From an uncultured Ruminococcus sp. (GTDB lineage Bacteria; Bacillota; Clostridia; Oscillospirales; CAG-382), in the NCBI GenBank assembly GCA_964549435.1, contig CAZJVB010000003.1, positions 21,722 through 85,721 of the forward strand: 64,000 nucleotides of DNA. The letters run 5' to 3'. The notes under the pieces were generated by a model. That model was not told the DNA's origin and searched no databases. It saw only the letters and a list, made by a program, of their open reading frames with translations. Both the position numbers and the translations under genes were made by a program. This document shows, piece by piece, positions 1 to 9,440 of the stretch (position 1 is its first letter; each line of letters begins with the position of its first letter).

Positions 1-2
1 GT

Positions 3-752
3 ACCACCGTGATCGATAATGCCGCCCGTGAGCCGCATATCGTAGACGTCGCGTCCTTCCTGAACAGCTGCGGCGCGGATATCGTCGGCGCCGGAACGCC
101 CACCATCAAAATCAACGGCGTTTCCGAGCTGCACGGCAGCAATTACGCCGTCATCCCGGATATGATCGAGGCAGGCACCTACATGATCGCCGCTGCTGCG
201 ACGGGCGGGGAAGTGACCATTGCCAACGTCATCCCACGCCACTTAGAATCTATTACCGCCAAGTTACAGGAAATGGGTGTGAACGTCGAGGAGGGTGACG
301 ACAGCGTAACCGTCCATGCTCCCGCAAGCGAAACGCCTCCCCTGCGCGCCGTCCGTGTTAAAACCGCCTTCTATCCCGGTTTTCCGACCGATATGCACCC
401 GCAGATCGCCGTATTGCTTTGTCTTGCCGGCGGAGAAAGCAAGCTGACAGAATCCGTTTGGGCAAACCGATTTCAGTACGTGCCTGAGCTGCTGCGTATG
501 GGCGCAAAAATCTCCGTATCCGGAAGCGACGCAACCATTACCGGAATCTCCGGTCTGAAGGCCGCGAACGTCCGCGCGGTCGATCTGCGCGCAGGCGCGG
601 CCATGGTGATCGCTGCGCTTGCCGCAAACGGTACCACGGTGGTGGACGATATCCATCACATCCTGCGCGGTTATGAACATATCGTCGAAAAGCTGAACGC
701 TGTCGGCGCCGACATCCGCTTTGTACGATTGCCGGATCCGCTGTCTACCTAA
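3..752 (+). CDS. murA: UDP-N-acetylglucosamine 1-carboxyvinyltransferase (5' end outside window)
   Basis: AAREPHIVD, PDMIEAGTY, YPGFPTDMHPQ, DLRAGAA and RGYE motifs. Confidence 0.95.
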   Translation, partial: TTVIDNAAREPHIVDVASFLNSCGADIVGAGTPTIKINGVSELHGSNYAVIPDMIEAGTYMIAAAATGGEVTIANVIPRHLESITAKLQEMGVNVEEGDDSVTVHAPASETPPLRAVRVKTAFYPGFPTDMHPQIAVLLCLAGGESKLTESVWANRFQYVPELLRMGAKISVSGSDATITGISGLKAANVRAVDLRAGAAMVIAALAANGTTVVDDIHHILRGYEHIVEKLNAVGADIRFVRLPDPLST

Positions 753-767
753 CGGAATAACCGAAAC

Positions 768-798
768 GAAGGCGGCAGGGAGTTTCCCTGCCGCCTTC
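768..798. terminator. GC-rich hairpin after murA
   Basis: gaaggcggcaggga-gtt-tccctgccgccttc perfect stem; no U-tract on the + strand. Confidence 0.6.
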
Positions 799-868
799 AT
801 CGCAGTTTCCAGAATCTCCGCCTGTCTTTACAGTGCAAAAAGCAAAAACCGAAAGCCGTTAAATTTAA

Positions 869-905
869 GAAAAAGGAAAGACACCCTGTAAAAGCGTGCC
901 TTTCC
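869..905 (-). terminator. Rho-independent terminator of the dockerin-CAP gene
   Basis: Minus strand GGAAAGGCAC..GTGTCTTTCC followed by a T-run. Confidence 0.65.
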
Positions 906-920
906 CTGATCGACTGGTAC

Positions 921-1757
921 TCAGGAAGTAAACATCTGTACCCAGTAGATTCCGTAATCTCCGCCCGTTGCAATCCCCACACCGAGCGTGGTGTAGCTTT
1001 CATTCAGAATATTCGCCTTGTGCCCGCTGGAATTCATCCACGCGTTCATCACTTCCTCCGGTGTTCTCTGCCCCGCAGCAATATTTTCTCCCGCACTCCG
1101 GTAGGAAATACCGTAGGTCCGCATCATTTCAAAGGGCGTCCCATAGGTCGGCGAGGTGTGATCGAAATAGTGATTGTCCGCCATGTCCTGCGCTTTCAGA
1201 TTGGCAACACCGGTCAACTGCTCCGACAGAATAAGCGCCGGCAGACCGGCCTTCGCGCGCTCAGTGTTTACTAATTGCAGAATTTCTTCTGCCCAAGTCG
1301 GTTCTTCCTCTGAGGATACGGACGAATTGCTGTCTGACGATTCGCCGGCAGACACCGTCACAGACTCCGCATCTTCCGACGGATTCCACACAGAAAGATC
1401 TGTATCCGACCGGCTGTCCGGTGTCAGGACCGGCTCCTCCGAGTCCGCCTGATACGTACCCAATGCGATACGTTTGATGATCATATAATCCTTCGCATGG
1501 ACGGTGCCGTCGCCATCCATATCTGCGGCGCTCCGCTGCGCAGCCGTCAGCGTATATGTGCCAAGCACATGGCGCTTGACCGCCATATAGTCTTTCGCAT
1601 CGACCGTACCGTCAAAATTCACATCGCCGCGCATGCCCGACTCCGTTCCTGCCAAAGCAAATACCGTAAGCATAGAGGTGAGCAGCAGCAAAGCAGTCAG
1701 CAGCCAGAGCATCCCTCTCGTAAGCGCGCCTTTTTTCGCAAGCGTTCTGTTCTTCAT
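921..1757 (-). CDS. Secreted dockerin + Ser/Glu linker + CAP (SCP/YkwD-like) domain protein
   Basis: Signal peptide; duplicated Ca-binding repeats GDVNFDGTVDAKD / DMDGDGTVHAKD; C-terminal LVNTERAKAGL, HTSPTYG, GENIA, WMNSSGHKANIL, YWVQMF. Confidence 0.88.
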   Translation of the reverse strand: MKNRTLAKKGALTRGMLWLLTALLLLTSMLTVFALAGTESGMRGDVNFDGTVDAKDYMAVKRHVLGTYTLTAAQRSAADMDGDGTVHAKDYMIIKRIALGTYQADSEEPVLTPDSRSDTDLSVWNPSEDAESVTVSAGESSDSNSSVSSEEEPTWAEEILQLVNTERAKAGLPALILSEQLTGVANLKAQDMADNHYFDHTSPTYGTPFEMMRTYGISYRSAGENIAAGQRTPEEVMNAWMNSSGHKANILNESYTTLGVGIATGGDYGIYWVQMFTS

Positions 1758-1811
1758 GTTTCCATGTCCCGTCCTTTCTTTCCTTGCTTTTCGCCTCTTT
1801 CAGGCAACAAC

Positions 1812-1840
1812 AGTATAACAAATTATTTTTTGATTGTCAA
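1812..1840 (-). promoter_or_regulatory. sigmaA-type promoter for the dockerin-CAP gene
   Basis: TTGACA-17-TATACT on the minus strand. Confidence 0.7.
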
Positions 1841-1937
1841 CAATATTTTTAAATTTGGTGCATATTGCCATATTTGAAAAGGCTCCGGCGCCGAACATGA
1901 AAACAACAATTCCTTTTGCTAAAACCGCACCGGATGA

Positions 1938-1966
1938 TTGACAACCCGGAAAAAGCGTGCTATACT
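1938..1966 (+). promoter_or_regulatory. sigmaA-type promoter for the hydrolase-murF-ddl operon
   Basis: TTGACA-17-TATACT with extended TG. Confidence 0.75.
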
Positions 1967-2014
1967 AATAGTAAAGGGATGATATCGCCTTTATGTACGA
2001 AGGGGGCAAACCGC

Positions 2015-2797
2015 ATGGAAGAAACACAGGTGTTCGGGAAACGGGTGCGGTATGAATGCCGCGGGACGCAGCACGGAGAAGAAACCGTTGCATTGTTTCT
2101 GCATGGCTGGGGCGCAACAGGCGCATCATTCGGCGGATTGCTGGATACCGTAGGGGAACGCTTTCTGACCGTCGCACCGGATCTTCCCGGCTTCGGTGGC
2201 AGTGAAGAACCGCCGGAAGCTTGGTCGGTAGACGGATTTGTTTCGTTTGTTATAGAATTCCTGCGCGCATGGCAGCCGAAAAGGGTGTTGCTGTTCGGGC
2301 ACTCCTTCGGCGGCAGACTGTGCATCAAGCTCGCCGCCCGCAGGGAGCTCCCTTTTCGAATCGAGAAGATCGTCCTGTTCGACGCCGCCGGGATTCTTCC
2401 CAAGCGGAGCGTCCGCTATCACCTGAAGGTAAAAACCTATCGACTCGGAAAAAAAATCCTGTCGCTTCCGCCGGTTAAAGTCTGCTTTCCTCATGCGCTG
2501 GAGAAGTTTCAAAAAGGGAAAGGCAGCGCCGACTATAACGCCGCTTCTCCGATCATGCGCGCCTGCTTAGTCAAGGCAGTCAATGAGGATCTGGAACCAT
2601 TGCTGCCGGAAATTGCCGCCCCCACTCTGCTGATCTGGGGCGAACAGGACACGGCTACCCCGCTTTCCGACGGGGAAACTATGGAAAAAGCGATTCCGGA
2701 TGCCGGTCTGGTGCGTCTCCCCGGTGCAGGACACTTTTCCTTTTTGGACGACAGATACACCTGTGACTGTGCGGTCCGAAGCTTCTTGAACATCTGA
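2015..2797 (+). CDS. Alpha/beta hydrolase
   Basis: LHGWG, PDLPGFGGS, GHSFGG nucleophile elbow, WGEQD, GAGHF; start placed after the GGGGG RBS. Confidence 0.9.
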   Translation: MEETQVFGKRVRYECRGTQHGEETVALFLHGWGATGASFGGLLDTVGERFLTVAPDLPGFGGSEEPPEAWSVDGFVSFVIEFLRAWQPKRVLLFGHSFGGRLCIKLAARRELPFRIEKIVLFDAAGILPKRSVRYHLKVKTYRLGKKILSLPPVKVCFPHALEKFQKGKGSADYNAASPIMRACLVKAVNEDLEPLLPEIAAPTLLIWGEQDTATPLSDGETMEKAIPDAGLVRLPGAGHFSFLDDRYTCDCAVRSFLNI

Positions 2798-2844
2798 CGT
2801 ATCCTCCTCCCCTCTAAAAGTTCACTCCCGAAAGGACTGTTTTC

Positions 2845-4395
2845 ATGCCTCCCTTTCGCATTGCCGCCGAATGCGTTTGCCTTGCGGGCTGGCTGGTCTG
2901 CTGCGCATGTTCCGCATTGCGCTGGATACATATGCTGCAGCTGAATTCCTACCGCGCCCGTACACAGGCGCACTGGATGAAAACCCATCCCGAAAAGCTG
3001 CTTTGTCTGCTGCCCGTCCTGCCTGCGGTAATATTCGCGGCGGTCGGCGCCGACTGGTCGGCAGCGCTATGCGCGCTGTTTCTGATGATTTCCTGCCTGT
3101 CTCTTCGTCCGAAAAAAGCGAAGAAGCCATTGGTTTATACCGGACGCGTCAAGCGTCTCCTGAGCGCCTATGTCCTGCTTTGTCTGCTGTGTCTTGCCGC
3201 CGGTCTCCTGTACGGCGGACGCTTGCGGCTGCTTTTTCCGACAGTGGCACTGCTTCTGTCCCCGCTGGTCACTCTGCTCGCCAATCTGCTTTGCGCGCCG
3301 GAGGAGCATGCGGTACGGCAATACTACATCAATGATGCGGCAGGCAAGCTGCGCGCCTGCCCGGAGCTGCTGGTACTGGGTGTAACCGGCTCCTACGGAA
3401 AAACCAGCGTAAAAAGCTATCTGGGTCAGTTGCTTCGCGTACAATATGACACGCTGATCACACCGGAAAGCTATAATACGCCGATGGGTGTGGTGCGGAC
3501 GGTGCGGGAGCACCTGAAGGCGACGCATGAATGGTTCGTCTGCGAAATGGGCGCGCGGCATGTCGGAGATATCCGGGAGCTTTGCGAGCTTGTTCACCCG
3601 CAGCACGGTCTGATTACAGCAATTGGGAACCAGCATCTGGAAACCTTTCACACGCAGGAAGCCATCGTGCAAACAAAATATGAGCTTGCGGACGCGCTTC
3701 CGCCGGACGGCAAGCTGTTTCTGAACGGCGACTGCGACCTGATCCGCCAGAATCTTCCCAACCGCCCCTTCCTCACGTACGGTCTTAACGAGGGCAATGA
3801 TTACCGCGCGACAGATGTGACCGTTACTTTGGGCGGCACGGAATTTACCGTCACCGCACCCGACGGAGCAGTACAAAGATACCGCATGCGCCTGATCGGC
3901 AGCCACAGCGTCCTGAACGTCACCGGCGCGATCGCCGTTTGTCATACGTTCGGGATTCCGCTTGCGTCCCTTGTCCCTGCGGTACATAAGCTGACCGCAG
4001 TCGAACACCGGATGCAGCTGCTGCCGGGTGAGATCACGTATATTGACGACGCCTATAACTCCAATCCTGCCGGCTGTCAGGCAGCACTGGAAACGCTCTC
4101 CCGCTTCGACGCCTGCAAAATACTGGTTACGCCGGGTATGGTCGAGCTGGGCGAAGCGATGGAACGCTGCAATGAGGAATTTGGCATGCAGGCGGCGGCC
4201 GTCTGCGATCTTTGCATTCTGGTCGGAGAAAAGCAGGCCGCTCCGCTCCGACGCGGTCTGCTGCGCGGACAGTTTCCGGAGGATCGTATCCGCGTGGTGC
4301 AGACCTTGCAGGAGGCTCTCTCTGAGGTCAAGCGCTATCAGACGGAACAAAAGAAGGTCGTCCTGCTGGAAAATGATCTGCCGGACAACTATTGA
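2845..4395 (+). CDS. murF: UDP-MurNAc-tripeptide--D-Ala-D-Ala ligase with N-terminal membrane domain
   Basis: GVTGSYGKTS, SYNTPMG, EMGA, DDAYNSNP, LLENDLPDNY; hydrophobic first ~150 aa. Confidence 0.88.
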   Translation: MPPFRIAAECVCLAGWLVCCACSALRWIHMLQLNSYRARTQAHWMKTHPEKLLCLLPVLPAVIFAAVGADWSAALCALFLMISCLSLRPKKAKKPLVYTGRVKRLLSAYVLLCLLCLAAGLLYGGRLRLLFPTVALLLSPLVTLLANLLCAPEEHAVRQYYINDAAGKLRACPELLVLGVTGSYGKTSVKSYLGQLLRVQYDTLITPESYNTPMGVVRTVREHLKATHEWFVCEMGARHVGDIRELCELVHPQHGLITAIGNQHLETFHTQEAIVQTKYELADALPPDGKLFLNGDCDLIRQNLPNRPFLTYGLNEGNDYRATDVTVTLGGTEFTVTAPDGAVQRYRMRLIGSHSVLNVTGAIAVCHTFGIPLASLVPAVHKLTAVEHRMQLLPGEITYIDDAYNSNPAGCQAALETLSRFDACKILVTPGMVELGEAMERCNEEFGMQAAAVCDLCILVGEKQAAPLRRGLLRGQFPEDRIRVVQTLQEALSEVKRYQTEQKKVVLLENDLPDNY

Positions 4396-4418
4396 CGTCA
4401 TGAGAAAGGAACCTTACC

Positions 4419-5603
4419 ATGAAGATTCAGGTTGCTGTCCTGTTCGGCGGCAAAAGCGTTGAGCATGAAATTTCCGTCATTTCCGCAATTCAGGCAATGG
4501 AACATATAGATGCGGAAAAATATGATATTCTGCCCGTTTATATCACGAAGGACAACGCATTTTATACCGGTGAGGTCCTGCGCAATATCCGTCGGTACCG
4601 CGATATTCCCGCCCTGCTGCAGGAAGCGGTTCGCGTCACCTTCGTGCAGGAGAACGGCCGCGCTACGTTGGTGCGTATTCCGGCGAAAAAATTCGGGAAT
4701 AACACCGTTGCCGTTCCGGACATCGCCTTTCCGATCGTCCATGGTACCAATGTCGAGGACGGCGCGCTGCAGGGCTTCCTCAAAACGCAGAATCTCCCCT
4801 TTGTCGGCTGCGACGTTCTGTCCTCTGCGGTCGGCATGGACAAATATGTCATGAAAACGCTCTTACAGGCGGAAGGCTTCCCCGTGCTGCCCGCACTGCG
4901 TTTTGCCGCCGCTTCCTACCGCGAGCCGCTTGCCATCGCTGCGGCGGCGGAGGAAAAGATCGGCTATCCGATGATTGTCAAGCCTGTCAATCTCGGCTCC
5001 TCGGTCGGCATCTCCAAGGTTTCCGACCGCGACGGTCTGCTTGCCGCGCTGGAAACTGCCTTTACCTTTGCGGACACGGTATTGCTGGAGCGCGCCATTA
5101 CGAAACTGACCGAAATCAACTGCTCCGTGCTGGGTGACGAGGACGGCGCGGAGGCGTCCGTGCTGGAAGAACCGTTCTCTAAGGATCAGATCCTTTCCTA
5201 TCGTGACAAGTATCTGGACGGCGGAAAGACCGGCGGCGGAAAGTCCGCCGGTATGGCATCTCTGAAACGGAAGATTCCCGCAGACCTTCCCGCAGCGCGT
5301 GCAGAGGAAATCCGCTCTCTTGCCGTCCGCGCGTTCGCTGCGCTGGGCTGCTCCGGCGTGGTACGCATCGATTTCATGATCGACGGGGAGGAAGACAAAG
5401 TCTATATCAACGAGATCAACACCATCCCCGGCTCCCTTGCCTTTTATCTCTGGGAACCGACCGGACTTTCCTACACGGCTCTGCTCGACCGGCTGATCAC
5501 CATCGCCCGCAAACGCGCACGCAGACAGGAGGATATCACCTATTCCTTTGACACGAATGTCTTTGCACTTGGCGGCGGCATGAGCGGCGGCTGCAAAAAA
5601 TAA
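4419..5603 (+). CDS. ddl: D-alanine--D-alanine ligase family
   Basis: FGGKSVEHEIS, HGTNVEDG, MDK, KPVNLGSSVG, RIDF, NEINTIPG. Confidence 0.92.
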   Translation: MKIQVAVLFGGKSVEHEISVISAIQAMEHIDAEKYDILPVYITKDNAFYTGEVLRNIRRYRDIPALLQEAVRVTFVQENGRATLVRIPAKKFGNNTVAVPDIAFPIVHGTNVEDGALQGFLKTQNLPFVGCDVLSSAVGMDKYVMKTLLQAEGFPVLPALRFAAASYREPLAIAAAAEEKIGYPMIVKPVNLGSSVGISKVSDRDGLLAALETAFTFADTVLLERAITKLTEINCSVLGDEDGAEASVLEEPFSKDQILSYRDKYLDGGKTGGGKSAGMASLKRKIPADLPAARAEEIRSLAVRAFAALGCSGVVRIDFMIDGEEDKVYINEINTIPGSLAFYLWEPTGLSYTALLDRLITIARKRARRQEDITYSFDTNVFALGGGMSGGCKK

Positions 5604-5604
5604 T

Positions 5605-6162
5605 ATGCGTACGGAAACGGAATGCCGGGAGGTCGCCGCTTCGGCGGCGATCTCCCCTTTTTCCGGCGCCGAATGCCCGAAAATTACTCGGTTGACCTAT
5701 GAAATCGTGCGGCTGACCGACAGGTCGGAAATCAAAAGACAGGCGGCACAGTGGTTCCATAAAAAATGGGGCCTTCCTTTGGATGCTTATATGGAAAGCA
5801 TGGAGGAGTGCTTGACCGAAAGGAACGCAGTTCCCCAGTGGTACGTAGCGATGCAGCAGGATAAAATCATCGGGGGATTGGGTGTGATTGCAAACGACTT
5901 TCATAAAAGAAAAGACCTGACGCCCAACGTTTGCGCGGTTTATACGGAGGAGGATATGCGCTGCCAAGGAATCGCCGGCGCTTTATTGCAATTTGTATGC
6001 GCCGACATGAAGGCAAAAGGCGTGGAGCTCTTGTACCTTGTGACGGACCACACTTCGTTTTATGAGCGCTATGGATGGGAATTTCTTTGCATGGTGCAGA
6101 GCGACGGTACCCCCGAAAAGGCAAGGATGTACTTTCACCGGGAAAAGTCCCCGCATGCATAA
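5605..6162 (+). CDS. GNAT family N-acetyltransferase
   Basis: VYTEEDMRCQGIAG acetyl-CoA motif and FYERYGW; true start uncertain. Confidence 0.8.
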   Translation: MRTETECREVAASAAISPFSGAECPKITRLTYEIVRLTDRSEIKRQAAQWFHKKWGLPLDAYMESMEECLTERNAVPQWYVAMQQDKIIGGLGVIANDFHKRKDLTPNVCAVYTEEDMRCQGIAGALLQFVCADMKAKGVELLYLVTDHTSFYERYGWEFLCMVQSDGTPEKARMYFHREKSPHA

Positions 6163-6231
6163 CCGCAACACAAGCGGAAAGAAACCGTCCGCCCGCGCGG
6201 AAATCCGACAAACGGCGACAAAAGTATCCCC

Positions 6232-6260
6232 TTGACAAATATCCGCAAATGAAGTATCAT
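6232..6260 (+). promoter_or_regulatory. sigmaA-type promoter for rnj
   Basis: TTGACA-17-TATCAT. Confidence 0.6.
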
Positions 6261-6357
6261 AAAGAAATCGGACTTTTATCGTGTAGCCAACTGCGGGAGA
6301 CCATCATCCGCAGTATCCATACAAAGCAAATGCTATTTTTATCAGTAAAGGAGAACT

Positions 6358-8166
6358 ATGAGAAAAAAAACCAATGCAAATGCAGAGCCTTCGGTCAAGG
6401 AAGGCGCAGCAAAAGAAAAAACGACAAAAACAACAAAAACGACAAGAACAACACAGAAAAAGAATGCAACCGCAAAGACTGCTTCTGCCGCACGGGAACC
6501 CAAAGCGCCCCGCAATGCGGTTAAGATCATCCCGCTGGGCGGAGTGGACGGGATCGGTATGAATATTACCGCATTCGAGTACGGCGATGACATCATCGTC
6601 GTGGACTGCGGTATTTCCTTCCCACAGGCGGACATGCCCGGCGTGGAGGTTGTCATTCCGGACTTCACCTATCTGCAGCGAAATGAGGACAAGCTGCGCG
6701 GTCTGCTCCTGACACACGGTCATGAGGACCATATCGGAGCGGTACCGTATTTGCTGAAAAAAGTAAAGTGCGACGTTTACGGTACGCGGCTGACTTTGGG
6801 AATTTTGGATGGCAAGCTTACAGAGCACAACATCCGCACAGAGGATCTTTACGAGGTGCGCGCCGGCGAGGTGCTGTCCCTTGGTGTCTTCGACGTAGAA
6901 TTCATCCACGTCAACCATTCCATGCCAGACTCGGTTTCCCTCTGCATCAATACCCCCTGCGGACGCATCATTCACACCGGCGACTTTAAAATTGACTTTA
7001 CCCCTATCGGCACGACGCCGATCGACCTTGCTCGGTTTGCCGAGCTGGGCAAAAAAGGCGTCCGGCTACTGCTTTGCGATTCCACAAATGCGGAGCGCTC
7101 CGGCTACACGCCCAGCGAAAGCACGCTGACCGCCTCCTTCGACCGCATCTTCAACGATAATACCCGACGCGTCATCATCGCAACCTTTTCCTCCAACGTG
7201 CATCGCGTGCAGCAGATTCTTGAGGCTTGCGCGCGTTGCGGACGCAAGGTTGCCCTGACCGGCAGAAGTCTGCAGAATGTTCTGCGCGCCGCACAGGATC
7301 TGGGATATATTAAAATTCCAGACGATCTGGTCATTGATATCGCAGACTGCAAGCACTATCCGCCGGAGAAGCTGGCGATTATCACCACGGGCAGCCAAGG
7401 CGAACCGATGAGCGCACTCTACCGCATGGCTTTCGGCGCGCACACGATGGTCTCGTTGGGACCAAATGACCTTGTCGTACTGTCTGCCTCCTGTATCCCC
7501 GGCAATGAAAAGCTGGTCACCAAGATCATCAATGAGCTTTATAAGAGGAATGTCTCGGTCATCACCGACCGCACAGACGATGTTCACGTATCCGGTCACG
7601 CCTGCCGTGAGGAGCTGAAGCTCCTGCACAGTCTGGTGCACGCAGATTGCTTTGTACCGGTGCACGGGGAATACAAGCATCTTGTCGCGCACGCCAACCT
7701 TGCCAAGGAGTTAGGAGTGCCGGCAAAAAATGTTCTGCTTCCGGAAGCCGGACGAATCATTGAAATGGATCGGCGCGGCATTCGCGCCGGCGGCACCGTC
7801 GAAGCCGGTCAAGTCATGATTGACGGCGGTCTCGGCGACGGTGTGGAATCCGCCGTCCTGCGGGACCGCACAAATCTGTCCGAAAGCGGCATTGTTTTCA
7901 TCACTGCCGGCATCAACCGCGAGGGAGAGCTGGTTTTCGGACCGGAGCTGGTCACCCGTGGCTTCGTCTACGTGAAGGAAAGCGAGGAGCTTCTCCGCTA
8001 CTTTACCGATATGGCGCGGAAATTCCTGCTCAAATCGATGGAACGCGGACTGCACGATCCGGTCGCGCTCGGCGCACGCCTTAAGGACGATATGCTGAAC
8101 GCCATTTACCAAAAAACCAAGCGCAAGCCCGTGGTCGTCACTCTAATGACGGAAATCGAACGGTGA
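6358..8166 (+). CDS. rnj: Ribonuclease J
   Basis: THGHEDHIG, HTGDFK, TGSQGEP, HVSGHA, PVHGE. Confidence 0.95.
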   Translation: MRKKTNANAEPSVKEGAAKEKTTKTTKTTRTTQKKNATAKTASAAREPKAPRNAVKIIPLGGVDGIGMNITAFEYGDDIIVVDCGISFPQADMPGVEVVIPDFTYLQRNEDKLRGLLLTHGHEDHIGAVPYLLKKVKCDVYGTRLTLGILDGKLTEHNIRTEDLYEVRAGEVLSLGVFDVEFIHVNHSMPDSVSLCINTPCGRIIHTGDFKIDFTPIGTTPIDLARFAELGKKGVRLLLCDSTNAERSGYTPSESTLTASFDRIFNDNTRRVIIATFSSNVHRVQQILEACARCGRKVALTGRSLQNVLRAAQDLGYIKIPDDLVIDIADCKHYPPEKLAIITTGSQGEPMSALYRMAFGAHTMVSLGPNDLVVLSASCIPGNEKLVTKIINELYKRNVSVITDRTDDVHVSGHACREELKLLHSLVHADCFVPVHGEYKHLVAHANLAKELGVPAKNVLLPEAGRIIEMDRRGIRAGGTVEAGQVMIDGGLGDGVESAVLRDRTNLSESGIVFITAGINREGELVFGPELVTRGFVYVKESEELLRYFTDMARKFLLKSMERGLHDPVALGARLKDDMLNAIYQKTKRKPVVVTLMTEIER

Positions 8167-8185
8167 CGATTCCCAAAAGACGGAC

Positions 8186-8227
8186 AAAAAAGCTTTCCGG
8201 AGCATGCTCCGGAAAGCTTTTCTTTTT
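8186..8227. terminator. Bidirectional terminator
   Basis: aaaagctttccggagc-at-gctccggaaagctttt between convergent genes. Confidence 0.8.
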
Positions 8228-8236
8228 ACGAAAGAA

Positions 8237-9205
8237 TTACGACTGCTTCTTCTTTCTTACAATCAGTACAACCACTACAGCAATCACAACGACAACTGCA
8301 ATGACGATCGCAGCGATCGCGCCGCCGGACAGACCGGACGACTCCTCCGCCACGGAAGACGTCGACGTGGAGACCGTCTTGCTGCTTTCGGCAGATTGGC
8401 TGCTCGTCACAGAAGTCGTCTCCTCAGAGGAATCGTCACCCGACGGCTCCTCTCCACTCTCTTCAGAGGTTACATCGGACTCCTCCTCGGACGAATCGTC
8501 AGATACGTCAACAGATGAATCCTCGGATTCTGCTTCTGAGGATTCCTCCGTCGGCTCCGGTCTGACCTCTCCAAGTCCCTCCAATTCCTCCGTGGAAGAA
8601 ACGCCGAGTGTATAGAACGTGATTTTCGAGCCGACCGTGCCGTTCAGCGTCAGTTCAAGGGAGGTGAAATGGTGGATTTTGTTGTCAAACAGCTTGCTGT
8701 CCGAGGAAGCTACATAAGAGCCCCAATCCCAAACAACGTATGTACCGTTTGTATCCACGCCCTTTGCCTTGCAATACGCTGCATAATCGTTTGACAGCAT
8801 GGAAACCAAATACAAATCCGCCACCGCGCCGGTTTCCTGTTTGTCCTTACGGGTATAATGCAGCAGCAAATTCTTTACCTGCACCCCATCTGCCGTTCCG
8901 TAATCTACGACGACGTATGCATTTTCGTTCAGATCAATGCCGGCGCCAACATAAACGACCGCGCCCTCCATCATCTTCAACTGAAGGCTTGCCTCTGCCT
9001 GCGTCAGCGTGATTGTTACAGAGCCGTCGGAATTATCCGTCAATTCGCAGCCGTCCAGCGTCAGGATCGAATCGTCCATATCCTCACTGGGAAGCAGATT
9101 TACCAGAAGATCCTCTTCCTCCAATGCAGAGCCGGATAGACCGACCACAGGGATCAGCAGCAATGCCGCAGCAAGGAGAGCGCCAAGAAGTTTTCGCATG
9201 TTCAT
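8237..9205 (-). CDS. Secreted, C-terminally membrane-anchored protein of unknown function
   Basis: Signal peptide, ~200-aa beta-rich domain, acidic Ser/Glu/Thr linker, TM helix plus RKKK tail. Confidence 0.8.
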   Translation of the reverse strand: MNMRKLLGALLAAALLLIPVVGLSGSALEEEDLLVNLLPSEDMDDSILTLDGCELTDNSDGSVTITLTQAEASLQLKMMEGAVVYVGAGIDLNENAYVVVDYGTADGVQVKNLLLHYTRKDKQETGAVADLYLVSMLSNDYAAYCKAKGVDTNGTYVVWDWGSYVASSDSKLFDNKIHHFTSLELTLNGTVGSKITFYTLGVSSTEELEGLGEVRPEPTEESSEAESEDSSVDVSDDSSEEESDVTSEESGEEPSGDDSSEETTSVTSSQSAESSKTVSTSTSSVAEESSGLSGGAIAAIVIAVVVVIAVVVVLIVRKKKQS

Positions 9206-9314
9206 AACGTGTTTCCTTTCTGTGTGTGATGAAGACAGGGATCCCCATCCTTTGTTTCGGCGCAGCACCGCCGCGCCCCCTTTTTACAGGGGATACCCAG
9301 TCTCTTATGAAAGT

Positions 9315-9343
9315 AGTATACAGCATCTTTGACAATTTTTCAA
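9315..9343 (-). promoter_or_regulatory. sigmaA-type promoter
   Basis: TTGAAA-17-TATACT on the minus strand. Confidence 0.55.
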
Positions 9344-9393
9344 CCCCTTTTCGAAAATTTATCGTTTTTTTATGAAAATAAAGCCGAAAATAA

Positions 9394-9430
9394 AGAAGGG
9401 CCTGCCGAACAGCACTCGGCAAGCCCTTCT
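9394..9430 (-). terminator. Terminator after the Gfo/Idh gene
   Basis: agaagggcctgccga..tcggcaagcccttct inverted repeat. Confidence 0.6.
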
Positions 9431-9440
9431 TCGCAGCTCT

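Noticed and set aside
5605-6162. GNAT as another mobile cassette
   Set aside because: Composition looks slightly different, but I found no flanking repeats or att-like sites.
9231-9303. Hammerhead ribozyme (stem-GAAAC...GUC on the minus strand)
   Set aside because: No CUGANGA core and no stem I pairing.
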